A DNA stretch of 64,000 bases from Lepidodermella squamata (lineage: Eukaryota > Animalia > Gastrotricha). Under the pieces are notes generated by a model. The model saw nothing but the letters and a program-made list of their open reading frames with translations. It searched no databases and had not been told where the DNA came from. Shown here piece after piece: positions 50,236 through 63,680 of the stretch. The stretch's first letter is position 1. Every line of letters begins with the position of its first letter. The stretch spans positions 496,001 through 560,000 of the forward strand of contig JBLDXI010000048.1 in NCBI GenBank assembly GCA_047495785.1, read 5' to 3'. Made by a program: the position numbers and the translations under genes.

Positions 50236-52463
50236 TTTTTAAATGAGTATTTTTTTGTTGCTCTACATTTCTTTGGTGTTTTTACGCGTAGAGATAATCT
50301 AGGTATTAACCGCCCCCACAGGTAGAAAAAAGCTGAAATGTCTCCAGCTGCACTGATTTTCCACGCGATTTGCTTGAAATCAGAACGCTGAAAAAATAGC
50401 TTTGAGAAAGCGAAAATAAACGGCGGTTAAATGAAGCTTTTCAAATTCTATTCTCAGCGCAATAATTTATTCTATAGATTTGCCCTCCCGAAGGCCGAGG
50501 GTGAAAATTGCAAAATCTTTCCGGCTGAAAACGGTTACAGATTCCATCTGATTCTCAGCTTCGGATGAACAGCTAAAAATTGAGCGAAACTGGGCGAAAA
50601 AATAGAAAATTCGCGCCTCGAATCTTTTCGACATGAAGGAATTTTGCACTTCTACGTTATTTTCAAACACCAATTTTGAAGCATGGTTTGAAGCATGATT
50701 CGAACTTTGGCTAACTTTCAGAAGTTTTTCAATTTTGTTGGGGTCAAGTTTGGGTCTTACCTGTGTATTTACAACAATTTTTTAATTATTTTCAATTTTA
50801 TAAAAACTTATTTACTGCCGCTTTTTGGAGTTGCTCTATTGGCTCCATTTCATCCTGTTGTTTGCCAAGGAGGCAGCTGAATTTTCACCGTTATAGCGTC
50901 CAGCTCTTCATATGTTCTGTCGACCAGCTATAATATAGAAAATTCATTGAACAATTTATTTCGCTAGGTTTTAGCTTTTGTGTCTTTTTAACGCCGGGAA
51001 AATGAGACAATTTTTTGTGTTTTAATGAATTTGGAATATTTTTTTTAGAAGAATTGACGAAGTTTTACTTGTCCCACTATTTGGGAGCTTAATTCACCGC
51101 TAAGCAAGGCGTTGACAGACTAATTAGTATTGCAAGTACCGAAGTGGTTTTTTCTGTTAATTCAGCGTTAAGTAGACGCGAGAATAATTTCAAATGACAG
51201 CTCTCGCCTTCAGTTCCTTGAATCTCCGCTCGCGATCAAGTCGTCCTGATACAATCGCTGTTAAAAAAAAATGACCTCAAACGTGTTCCTCTTTAAGCTT
51301 CTTAGTCTTAAAGTAGGTGGAGTCCTACAATTGCTAACTGAAAAAGCGCGGCCGAATTTTTCTATAAAGACGTAGATAAGTCTTGTTAGGCCGCACACTT
51401 GATACAGAATTTGTGTCTCTCTTAGTCTTTTGTCTTTGGGACGCAGATTGGGCCTCATTTTCTGAGTTCACCACCACTTCTGTTCGCCCGCCCATTGTTT
51501 TTACAATCAGACGGAATTGCGTAATAATCAATCACTCAAGCAGACTTGGCATCACAGTGACCTATCTCATTAGTGACAAGTTGGCGTGTTTCAGGTCGTC
51601 ATAAACTGAAAATCCACGTGGCACAAATTTAGGCACACGTTTTTTTTCCACGCATTTCCGATTTTTCAATCACATCTATTGAACACATTTCTCCGAAAAT
51701 TAGTGAAATGGCGGTGACGTCTTCCTACGCTTCTAAAACTGTCCCAAATTTTTCACCCAGCTCTAAGTGTCAAGCTTTTTATTATCTTAACGACAAGCAC
51801 ACATACACACCTCATTTCAACACAATTGCGCGATCAAATAAAAAATCCGCCTTAATTTAGCGCAATTTCTCAGTTACAAACAGCCGTTTTCACTTGACGA
51901 GCAAAATACGTTCAATAAAATCCGAGTGCGTTTTTGTACTGTATGCTTGTAGTATAAGCAATACAGTGTGCTTATCACGCGAATAACCAACGGCGACGTA
52001 CATTTTCTATTATTATGCGTCATTAATAAGAATGTGAGTACTAGGCAAGTTGCGCGGTGCAAAAGCCTTTCATTTTCATCGTGCGTTCGCTCGTCGTTTT
52101 TGCGTTATTTCTCTCCAGCCAGCCACACACACACACACATACAGCTCAAGCCACGGAGTGATAAACACGCTTTTTCACAATAAAACTCTGCTCTATTTTT
52201 GGGACCCTGAAGAGCTTTGTAAGAACTTGTAGTTATTATAAACTGGCCAAGTTTGAAATACTCATACCTCGGTTAATTTTTATCACGTAAAACGCGATTT
52301 AATTAGCTGTAGCTTATCCCAAACGTGGCATCGTCGTCTAAAATTTCAACAAAAATCGATGTCAAGAAGTTTGTAATCGTGTTATACGTAGGCTTTAATA
52401 TCATCTGCTGGTTCATTCATGTCACGCTGAGGTTTTCTCAAACGAAATTCTCGTTACAACAAC

Positions 52464-55400
52464 ATGGATTCTGACGATGGCGATTCTAACCAAGGCGGTG
52501 CTTTCGATACTTCGAGCAGCAGCGGTCGGAAAATGAGTAGCGGCGGCTCCGGCGAAAAAGCCGTTTGCTTGGTGTGCTGTCGCGAGTTTAAACTACCGCC
52601 GGTTGCAAAAATCGTCGGCGGCGAGTCGCTGATTACGCTAGAAACCGGAACTAGCGACGACTTGTCGGCTTCAGCGCGGCGAAATCGCGGCAAGAATGCT
52701 ATCTGCGGCGCTTGCAAGGTGTGTTTATTGTTCAAAGAATTTTTTAATATTTTTCTCAGTCTCTTGGTGGCATAAAAAGTACCTTCAGCATCTAGTTCAA
52801 TTCATAATTTTATTCAGTTTTTATTCGAATTTTATTCAGAAAAAGCAGCCAGTTTTTTAGGATTAGCATTTGAGATAGTTTTTCATTTCTCTCCTGGAAT
52901 TGGACAATTCTGAAGTTTTTTCTTCACACTTTCTTGTTTTTTTTCCAAGTTCAAAATTTCGCTAGAATCTCCCTCGGGTTTTGCGTCTTAAAGATGGCCA
53001 TTTAATAGGCGACCCATGTCCCTTTCTAGCCGTTGTTATTCAAATCATCGATCATCACGGGTATTTTTCTCGCCCGTTCCTTTTATTCGTCGCTATCGAT
53101 TTAATACGTTTGGGAAAAATTCTAGCTAAAAATAGCACGTTTGATTAATTAATGAGACATGCGATCAATATATGCGTCTGGTGCAAACGCCTTCAGACCT
53201 GCATCTAGAAGGCGAAATCTGAAGTTGAGATCAATATTTAATTAATCTTAATTGTTGAAGTGATGCTGGGAAAGGACGCTTGTTTCAATTCCGTGATTGA
53301 TGTCGCTCCAAAATTAGGAGAAATCGCCATTTCTCCCTTAACAATAAGTTTTAAGACGGATTTAATCCGGCTGACATAAATTCCGTGTTTCGTGTTGTTG
53401 AGAGAAAAAAAATGGGTCACAGCCCTAGCGGAACCAATTTTTACTGGAAGTGGACATTTTTTTGCTATTAAGTATGCAAACTTGCAATAATTTTTTTCAT
53501 AATATTTTCATTTTAGTTTTTTATTACAATTTTTGCGGTAATTTATTTTTTGTTTTTTTTTCAGAAATTTTACTCGCGTTCGAAGGCGTCGAATTCGAGC
53601 ATTTTCACGGAGAAATGTTCGTGCCCTGAGGTGCGGTTGCAGCCGAACCCGGCGACAGACCGCAACGCCGACGGCCGGGCTCGAAAACTGTCGACGAAAC
53701 ACATGTGCCGGGCGTGCCGGGCGCGTCGCTGCCACGCGGCGATGATCGACTCGAAGAGCCTCGATGACTCGGGCATTGACGTGTCGCAGCTAGGCGGCGG
53801 TGCTGGTGATAAAAACAGTGATAATAGCGGGGCGGCTGGTACTAGTTGTAATAACGCTGCGGCAAGTAGCCACAACAACACTTCGTCGCAATTGGGCCGC
53901 ATGTCGTTGAATTCGAATAATAATAATAACAATAATAACAATAACGATAATGAGTCGTCGAATGGCGAGGACGACGGCGGCGATTTGGCGCCGACGCCGG
54001 GCGTCCACGCGCCCAATGGCGAGCGCATCAACGTTCGCATGATTCCGTGCGAAATCTGCGGCGTTTCTAGTAAGTTTTTTTCTACAGTCGAAAATTCAAA
54101 ATTGAAAAATGAATTTTTGGATTTTTTTTTGGTTCTCTAAAATTTTTAGATATTTTCATTTTGCAGGCGAGAATTTTTTTTAGAAAATTTTTACTTCTAG
54201 AAAACATTTTATTTTACGTTCTCAGCCTGCCTACTCAGGGCGAATTTTTATTATTTTCAAATGAATGACTCCGATTTTAGTCATGTGACGCTAATATTAC
54301 TGCTTTCGAAAGAAATATTCTTAGTAATTAACGAATTTCCTATCGTATTCCACTCAAAAATCGCGTATCCAGACGATTTTACCGAATGAATTTTTAGGGA
54401 TAGCTGCAAAATTAAAGGAAATTTTTAATATTATCTGATTCGTTTTCTTTTTGTTTCGCCTTATTTCCTGCAATTATTCAAAAAAAATTGCATCTATTTT
54501 CGATCGAAATTGGGGTGTCTGTAACCTGAATAGGCTCTTCTTGTTGTCTTTCTTATTCATTGTTATCGATCATGCCTTGAGTAAATTTTTCACTCGGCTC
54601 TCTTCATTTCAACGCAATGTAAGATGGCTATCATGTTGAAGCTGTCCGCTCTCGGCGCGGACAACAAGTCATTAGTCGCGTTTGTAAACTTGCGCCATTG
54701 TTTGATAAGCTGCTCGTAATGCCGTGTTAAGCGATGATGCTTCAATAATTCATCCACAGGTACTCGGCTGCCGCATTATAATATAGTGTCGCGACAACAT
54801 TTGATAATGATGTAGACGGTTATTAGCGTTATTTAAAACAGCTGGAAGCTAGCAAATGGACCATGAAATTTCAGCCAAAATTGAAAACTTGAAATGCGAA
54901 ATTAAGAAAGATAAAAAGAAAAAGACCTAACAAACGCAGCATAAAATGGTAAAATTGTAAAAATAAATCCGAAAAAATTCCCGAATTCAGGCGGAATATA
55001 ATTGCGAAGCGGCAATGAAAATTCGAGACATTTTTGTTCGAAAGTTCTTTTCCAAAACTTTGAGTATATTGCATTCAATTATCTGAAAATTTCAAATACC
55101 CAGCTTGACGAATATCGTGATCAATTTCAAAATATTTTTGGTGCTAATCTTTGAGATTTAAACCCGTCAAAAAAATGTCCGGCTTATTCGTTGATTTTTC
55201 GGAAAAATTTCATCCGTGTCCTATCGAACTAGTATAACATCTATTTTCGAGGCAAAGTTTTGCCCACGCGTTACCTAAAGATCGAATTTCGGCTCGTTTT
55301 TATCTCGTAACCTGAAGCTTTTAGGACATTGGACATTTTCTCGATTTCTAATCTAAAGTACTCGAGTCTCGAGTATCAATTTAGCGAAATTGTTGGTACT

Positions 55401-58400
55401 TGAGTGCCTATTTTTAGGCTGTACTTGAACATACTTTAATAACTTATTTTTCATCCAAAATGTCCGCGTGAAAAAATTAGGGAAAATACCATTAATTTTT
55501 TTAATTTGAAAACTCGAATAAATTAAAAAATTTAAAATTCAATAAAAATTCTCCACTCTTTTTTGTAAATTTTTGAAAATTTAATTTTGTTTATTTTTCT
55601 CCAGGTAGTGGCTATCACTTCGGTGTGATATCTTGCGAAGGCTGTAAGGGCTTTTTCCGCCGGTCGATATCTAAAAAAACGCCGTACAAATGCAAGTTGT
55701 TAGCCGTGAAGCCGGACGCGAGTGTTACCGAGCGCACGACTCGCGAGCACCAGATGAAGTGCAAAAAGTGCCGCTACGACGCGTGCATCGCCGCCGGCAT
55801 GTCGTTGTCGGCCGTGCAGACGGGGCGGCATTCGATGCAGCGCAAAATCGAAACGTCGGCCTACGTGAAACGCCTCGCTGCCGAGAACAAACTGCTGACG
55901 TCGCCGATTCTACGCGGCTGTGCTAAATCATCGGTTATTCCAGGTAATTATTGGAAAAAATAGAAAAATCGCTGCCAGGACAAAATCGCCGTCCCTGATT
56001 TCTAATTTTGCAAAAAATCTTAACAATAGTTTTTTAATTGAAAATTTGAGCATCACCCAATTTTCTTCCGTGAAATGTAATTTGCGCATAACAGCAGCCG
56101 ACGTAATAGCTATTAATCCATATGGCGTCAAAATAGCGACGATTTATTAATATCATTATGAGTTAGCGACATAACAGCAAATATGCACAATAGCAAAGCA
56201 GCAAAACAGCGAGTCATAAATTTTATACAAAACAAAGCATAAATTAATTAGTCAACAATTCTAAGGGAATGTTCCGATTTTTGTCTTTTTTTCATTTCAA
56301 AGTGTAAAACAATTGTCACAAGGTGCGCTTCCAAAGATTTAAAATCATTAAGTGATTCAGTATCAAGCGACGAGCAAATTTTTTTGCAAAGCAAGATTGT
56401 GTTTCACTTTGGCTGGGTAGGACCGCTTATATTTCTCGCCAGCCGCGCGAGCCATAGGTCCTGTTCTTTTAAAAAGAAGGAGAGAAGCTCGTATGGCGAG
56501 GGGTGGGGTTTTTCTACGAAGTCCTAAAAAACTTTGTGCTCCACTTCGGCCTCGTTGTCCGTGAGGGGGCAGGCCAGCCAAAGCGCGGGAAAAGCAAGTC
56601 CATATAGCCGGATCGAAGCGCGGCCGATGGGTCAGCTCGCCGTGATGATAAACGCTGATGTACGTTTCCTGAAAGTACGTATATAGGCGGGTCAAACCGG
56701 CCGCCTCGTGTTCCGCCGCGATCTTCGCAATTTGCGCGTCGAGTGCGTAGAAGGAGCTCGCTACTCGGTCTAACGGCAAAAAGGCAAGCGCCGCCAGATA
56801 TTTTACACCACCTTTTAACAACGACATTGGATGAATACAAGCCTTGCAACCCGTAGGCAACAACACGGCGATAAATGGCCTAAAAATAATAATACATTTG
56901 ACAACAGGCTTTAATTTTAATTTTTTACACAACCTGACAAAGATGGAAACAGCACGCCAAAATCATCGCATTCGGCCACGTTGTTGCTATTGCTGCAATT
57001 GCGGCTGGCTCGAAGTCGAGCATAACTTGATCGAAGTACAAGTCAGGTACTAACAGGCGCAGATTGTGAAACAACTTGTCGCAGATCGGCCCGTCCTTAC
57101 AGGGGAGAAGGGCGTAAGCAACAGGGAACTGGGCGCCCTCAGTAACGGCGTGTAACGTGTATACCTGGCTGAAGAGAGTTGGAGAAATCCAGAATGTCCC
57201 ATCCCCGGACATGCGGCGACAGCCCTTAAACAGCTCAAGCTCTAAATTGCGAATTATGAACCTTAAAATGGTCTCATTTATTCGAAATGGACATGAACCA
57301 GGAACTCGGAAAAAGTTGCGAATTATCTGGATATGATGTACCGTAACGAGTGGTAACTTTGGACAAAACGTGTTTTTCGAACATTAAAAATCAGGCTTTG
57401 CTCCTAAATTTCTGAAATTTTTACCAAAGGTGGGGACGGTGATTCTTGAATTTACTGCAAATTCTAGAAATTTTGAGAATTTTACCTGACCTTTGGCTAA
57501 TTAATATGTGTTAATTAACAATTAGAGGGTAGTTTTGGACACTCATTTGCATATGCAGTTTCATTGCAATTTCATTGTGAATTATCTGTTTTTCATGGTT
57601 TTCATTTAATCTTGGGTCAGATATCGAAAAAAATTATGAACAGATGGCGCATCATCTGTTTCTCGGAAGTTCAATAAAAATACGTTTCTGCGCAGCAGCA
57701 TAACCCGTCCAAAAGTGTCCAAAATTACCCCAATTTTCACCTGTTTTTCAGGTAAATGTCCTGCTAAAACGCGTCGACGGATTGTCATTTTTTCTTCGAT
57801 TATAGGGAGAGTAAATATAGGAGAATGCTCATGCCAATTTTTATTGAAAACTGTTCGATTTTTAGAAAGATAGAAGGGGGGTTACTTATAAACGGCACCC
57901 AAAGTCTAACTGCTTGCAACTTTTTCTGAAATTCGATTTCAGCTCCAATCGTCTTGATTTTTATGTCAAACGAAAGCTGAAGAGACGGAGAATTTTATGT
58001 GAAAACCCCCATGATTTAAACGTTCAAGCCTGAAAAGCTGAACACCTGCAAAGCCGAAAGTGTCCAAAGTTACCGTGTCCACAATCAACACACGTTACGG
58101 TAATTTGGCTGAATTTTCCTATTTGGATTTGAAAAAATTGCTATTAAACGGCTGATATTGAATTTTTCAAAATAATTTTACCAAGCCTACTCTGTAAAAA
58201 AAAGTTGGCTATTTAGCACTTGGCATTTAGCACGGCCGGTTATTTAGAATAAAAATTAGAAAAATTTCGAATCGCTAAATACCGGAAAACTATTTAGAAT
58301 AATCGGGGGTTATTTATCACTAGTAACATGGGGCAAATTTGAGTTTGGGGTGTCCAAAAATAGATAACTAAGAAAACCCGCCATTTTATACTTTTTACTT

Positions 58401-61400
58401 AAAATTTGGTATTTATCGCCTGGAATTTAATTTCTTGGTAATTAGAAGCTTAAATTAAAATTTGTAGGCTAAATAGGAGGCTCCCAGGGTCCTAAATGCC
58501 CGAGTAAAAGTCGGTTATTTAGCGGCTAAATTGCGAACTTTTTTATAGTGTAATGATTTTGATAAATCTATTTTTGCGATTTTTGCGATTTTGTTATCGA
58601 TCAAAGTAATAATTCTCGGCTTAAAAAACGATCGTAACACATCGGTATCAGAAATAAACAACGATGGCGTGGCACTGTCGTAAATTAATTACAGCCGTGT
58701 CCCGATTTACGAAGGGCTTAAGCTTGACGGGGGTCAGCTTGAGCCATTATTTGATTATGACCATTTCCTGTGTTGCGGATGGTCATCGCACGAGGTGCCC
58801 GGGCAGAGAGTGAAGAAACACAATTTATCCCAGTGATTACATTTCTTCCCCATCAGTATTTCTTTCCGACTAATTTGCTGAAAACAAGTCAACGATGAAG
58901 CGGAAAATTAGTAGGTACCGTTTTTTCGAGTATGCAAGTGAGCATCCTAAATTAACCTAAATTAACTCTGATTAATGCAAAAATCAGGTAAAATTCGTAG
59001 AAATCGCCAACATTTTCAGATAAATCGGAAATACAAATTTCTGAATTTCTGATTAATTTAAAATTCTCAAATATTGTTTAGTCCCAAAATATCCGGTTTT
59101 TGTTTTGGTTTTGAAATAGAAAATGCTAATAATTTTCTCATTTTTCTAGGCCGGCGCAACATGGATGAAATGTCGATGAGTCAGGACGACGGAACGACGC
59201 CTGCGTTCAAGGAAGAAATGCGATCACCCGAAGGCGCGTCATCCAGCTACAACAGCAGCCACCAGCAGCAAAACCAGCAGAACCAACAGCATCACCAGCA
59301 ACAACTGCTTCACAGCGTGCCGCCGGAGACAGACGACGACGATTCGGTCGACGAAGACGCGCTGATCGACGTTGACGACGACGGCGAGGACGCGAGCCCG
59401 TCGACGTTGTCGCTGACGATATCGCAGCCGCCGTCTGTAGTCACCCTGGCGTCGCCGAGCGCCCTAGGCACGCCATTGTCAGGCCGCGGCGGGTTGACAT
59501 TCAACGGGTTGGACTCGCCGTCGAACAACAGCGCCGAGTTGTTGGCTGGGTTTGGGGGTAGTAGCAAACGGCTGAAAGCTGATTCTCTACAGCAAGAACT
59601 GGCGTCAACAATAACATCAGCGCCTGTTGATCAACAGGTTGCGCCGTGGCGGTCGTCGATGACAATGGGTGGTGGGGGTACGAGTAGTAGCAGTATTGGT
59701 ACGGCTACGATGACGTCGACGGCGAATTTCGGTGGGCAGTTGCAATTTACGACGGCGTTCAGTAACCACCTGCAGGCCGCTACGGCTTCTGGTAGCAACA
59801 ATCCGATGTCTCAGCCGGGTACGAGCCATCAGCTTCACAGCCAGCAGCAGCAGCAGCATCCGCTTCACCACATGCCATACCAAAATCCAGGTAATACAAT
59901 GCGTTTGCAATAGGTTTTTTCGAATCAAATTCCTAATATTTTTGAAAAATCTGTGAAATTTTGTTTAAATTTAGAGTAAGAGCTCTAGATTTTTTCGATT
60001 TTCGACTTTCTCGTCCTTCCTAGAATCTAAATTTTTTAATGTCTAACCGATAAATCTCTCTATTACGCGTATTTTGCGCTATCGGCGGTCTTTTTACGAT
60101 TTGTAGTTTGGCCTGCAGAACCGATATCGATTTCAAGTATCGGTTTTACAAATCAGTGATTTTTCCGATATCATCAGTCTAGAAAGCAACCAACGAAAGT
60201 TTTTCTACCTGACTGATAATACCAGGTATAGCTAGAATAGATAATCCGAGGGTTATCGGGTCATCAAAATCACTGAAGAAAAAGCCAAAATAGGAACAAA
60301 TCTGATCAAATGAGTGCTGAACCCTCGATTTTAGTGGTACAATCGCAAACTTTGTAGTATAAATTGAAAACATATTTTGGAATTGAGAAGAATTTTTTTA
60401 AATATTGGGCTCAAAATGTTCGAAATGTATTAATTGAAGATTTTCAAAGCTGCATTCATAGAAAGGCAACCCGCGTCCCTTTCGTCAGATTTCTCAGGGT
60501 TCAGATGTTCACCTTGAAAGAATCCTTTATTTCACACAATAATTTCTCTATGGCTTGAAACTGCTATAAATTTTAGCAGCATTTTGCTCAGAATTAGCCT
60601 CAGAATTAGAATTCTTGAGATTTTTTATTCGAATTTTTCTTCTTAATCTAATTTGCATTTTTTCTGAAATTTCTGAAATGTGAATATTATTATTTTTGGG
60701 CTATTTGTCTAAAATATATGTTTTTTTTTGTTTCAGGCATCCAAATGCCGCTCGCAATGCCTCCACCGTCGGCTCTGCAATTTCTACGCGTCGATTCTGT
60801 CCAATCAGTTGCACAGCGGCTGCTCGAATCGAACGCGTACCTGACGAGGATAACGGAAGTGCCCGAGTTGCACCTAACCTTCGACATGGACCCGCTCGAA
60901 GCGTGGACGTCTGTGATGCACCACCTGTTCGATTCTTTCGTCAACTCTGTATCCTCCTTTGTTCGGCTACTGCCCGGTTTCCGCGAACTTTGCCAAGCCG
61001 ATCGCGTTGTTTTATTTACTCAGGTAATTTTTTATTTTATTTTCTTATTTATCTGCAATTTTTCCGAATTTTGTTTTTTTTCAATGCTTCGTCAAGAATT
61101 TTTGAAGAAATATTGTTGCTCTCTTGCAGGCGTATTTCCCCATCTTGGTTGCGCAGTTGTCGCTGTCCTACGACATGACGTCACGCACGCCAAATTTCTT
61201 CTGTGAGTCGACGCCTGAAGCGCGTGAAATGCTCAAATTTCTGCTGTGTGGCCCCGGCGACATGCTCGAACGGCAAATGAACGACGCTGGGCTAACAATC
61301 TCAACGTGGAAGCCGAACACGGTAATAATAATTCGCATTTACACTTTTATTGCTTGCTGTTGCTCTCGCATCTTTTGACCTAGTGCGTTTTGAGGTCCTC

Positions 61401-61945
61401 GCATTCTCGCATCTTTTTTATTGCGCACATTATTATTTTAAGGCGGACTTTTTATTTATTGTTTCTTCGTTTTTCAGCTCGAATTTTCGCTGTTTTGCGG
61501 CCTGCTGTTTTTCGATCCGTCCGTGCCTGATCTGCAAGAGCCGGAGAAAGTGCGGCAAATCATGGAAGCGTACCGCATGGCGGACGAGACTTTCAACGCG
61601 CAGCGCAATTTAGGCTCATCATCATCGTCGTCCGATCCGTCTTCGTCGTCGTCGTCCAACTCATCGCAGCAATTAATGTCAGCGCCTCAACGCTTCTCAT
61701 CACTCGTTCGGTACATGAAGCCGATGTACCAATGGCTGGGCGTGGTTATGAAATCGATTGAAGCCGAAAGGCCGGATTTCGTCAACGTGCACCCGTTGTG
61801 GGCGGAAATGCACAAATATTTGACGCGGAAATTGCGCAATCACCCGAACATGTTCCGCGTCGAAGGCGAGCCGTTGATCGACGACAACAATTACCCTTCG
61901 TCGTCGGCGTCGAATTTTCACCCGCCATTGATCAACAACAGCTAA
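52464..61945 (+). CDS. Nuclear receptor with two DNA-binding domains (2DBD-NR-like). Exons 52464-52718, 53565-54069, 55605-55943, 59150-59890, 60737-61023, 61130-61321, 61478-61945
   Basis: DBD1: CLVC...CGACK|KFYSRS...CSC...CRACRARRC. DBD2: [28 protein letters not shown]...CKKCRYDACIAAGMS..AVQTGR. LBD signature FVRLLPGFRELCQADRVVLF, LEFSLFCGLLFFDP, AF-2-like HPLWAEM. Splice phases consistent. Confidence 0.88.
56400..57241 (-). mobile_element. MULE transposase relic containing a spliceosomal intron, inside nuclear receptor intron 3
   Basis: DGTF..SPTLFSQVYTLH..PVAYALLP.K..DFEPAAIAAI..CCFHLCQ|AIYRRV..GL; YFQETYI; PLTDNEAEVEH (RTNNxxE-like). Frameshifts downstream. Confidence 0.85.
57341..58100. 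mobile_element. TA-flanked MITE with CCGTAACG termini
   Basis: TA|CCGTAACG...CGTTACGG|TA; GGTAACTTTGGACA-like motif repeated near the left end and inverted (GTGTCCAAAATTACC, GTGTCCAAAGTTACC) internally and near the right end. Confidence 0.8.
58190..58550. mobile_element. TA-flanked non-autonomous element with CACTGTAAAAAA-type TIRs
   Basis: TA|CTCTGTAAAAAAAAGTTGGCTATTTAGC ... GCTAAATTGCGAACTTTTTTATAGTG|TA; repeated TATTTAG motifs. Confidence 0.65.
60043..60250 (+). repeat. Dispersed repeat, copy 1 (copy 2 at about 63472-63680)
   Basis: Shared CTAACCGATA..TATTACGCGTATTTTGCGCTAT..CCGATATCGATT..AAATCAGTGATTTTTCC. Confidence 0.8.
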
Positions 61946-63471
61946 TAGTAGAAGTGACTGATCTGGATGGAAAACACTCGGTTTACTTATTGTTGAAGAT
62001 GTATTTTTGGGCCGTCTCTCTTTTTTTGCTGATATATTTGTTAGAAATGATGAAAAAATAATCATTGTTTCCAATGTAAAATTCGTGGAAAAAATGTAAC
62101 GTTATGTTATTGATCAACTTCATTTATTGGAGACACGTGTATTGGAAATATACTATGTATCTATATATTTTTGTTTCGGCGCTTACGAAAAAAATAACAG
62201 AACAAAGAAATGAAGAAGAATATTGAGAAATTTTCCGCGTCTTTTTTCATCCAATTTTTTTTTTAATTTCTTAGAATTTTTTTTTGCATGCTGGTTTTTC
62301 ACGATGACTCATGCCACCAGATTATCATCCAATTAGGGAGCAAATTCAGGAGTGAAAATGGGTTCCCTCGTCCTTCTCGATTTTTTTGCCAGTATGTCAT
62401 TCAAAAATGAGAAAAACCCATTAAAATCTGGAGCTGCAGATTCGATAAGAGAATTTTTCGATTTATTTTCTCTATTTTTTCTTCTTATTTTTTTATGGCG
62501 GAAGATCAAAATATTATCTCGAGTATTTCACGGCGTTACACCAGCCCGATTTGGGTGTGAAATGCAATCAAGTATTTTTAGCTCCGCTTAGAACATGCTT
62601 TCTCAGTCACAACTAAGCGCTGCTATGTTATAGCCTGTGGCAATAAAACACACGCGGTGTGATTAGCATAATATAAAACAAAATAATAGAGCATACCTAT
62701 ATGCAAGCTTGCTACTATAATATTGAAAACGCCACGTGTCCAGTTAGCTGGGTTAACACTGCTATGACTCGAGCCTCATCAACGGCATTGCTCGTAGAAA
62801 AAAGCTCGAGCCAGATCAATTCTAGTTTCATGTTTACTTAATTGCTGCTAAAATCAGATCTCTTGCACACCGTGATTTTTTTATGGGAAAAGTTCGAATC
62901 GCATGTCTGGTTCGAATCGCGTGGCGGCTGGTATTCTTCCTTCGAACCTTGTTTACAAGACAAATTAAATATTCGATTTCAGACCTATTATCGATTGCCC
63001 AACTCATTTTTTGCATGTTTTAGCTATGTAGCGAATTATCTAAGGGAAATGCTTTCTTACGGGAAATTTCGGGACTTCAAACCCAATCGAAGCCAAACTT
63101 CACCATCAAGCCTAAAAATGAAATAGCTTTCGACTAAATCAGCTTTCGTGGCGGTTTCTGTTTCGTTGGCGAAAGCTCAAATCTGATCGTGGGGAACCTG
63201 AAATTGATGGTGGAAAGCCCATATTTGAGGGTAGAAAAATTTACACACAACTTCTAATGCGGCCGGTTCGAAGAGATCTGGACATCGTGGGGAGATAGTT
63301 TGGCATAATCCGATATTTCAGTTGTGAGCTTCAAGCAAACTCCAGCTACAAATATTTCGACAAAATAAGAGTGTGGCAACTAATTTTGAGACTCCAGCAC
63401 TAGATTTCCACTGAGCATGGATTTTTGAGTTTCATGTATTCGCTACTGTCTAAATTTTTTTGCTATCAAGC

Positions 63472-63680
63472 CTAACCGATAGATCTTCGTATTACGCGTA
63501 TTTTGCGCTATAAGCGGTCAGTTTACAAGTCATACTTCAGCCTGTAGAGCCGATATCGATTCATAGTATCGATTTTAAAAATCAGTGATTTTTCCCATGT
63601 CAGCCGTCTTGGAACCCAACATCGATAATTTTTCTACGTAGCTTAGGGCGCCAGGTAGCTTAAATAAAAAATCCTACGTT
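63472..63680 (+). repeat. Dispersed repeat, copy 2 (copy 1 at about 60043-60250)
   Basis: Same colinear motifs as copy 1, moderately diverged. Confidence 0.8.

Noticed and set aside
53570-54040. Antisense ORFs over the nuclear receptor, CHD1, RPAP1 and mannosidase exons
   Set aside because: Codon-bias shadows of real exons with no independent evidence.
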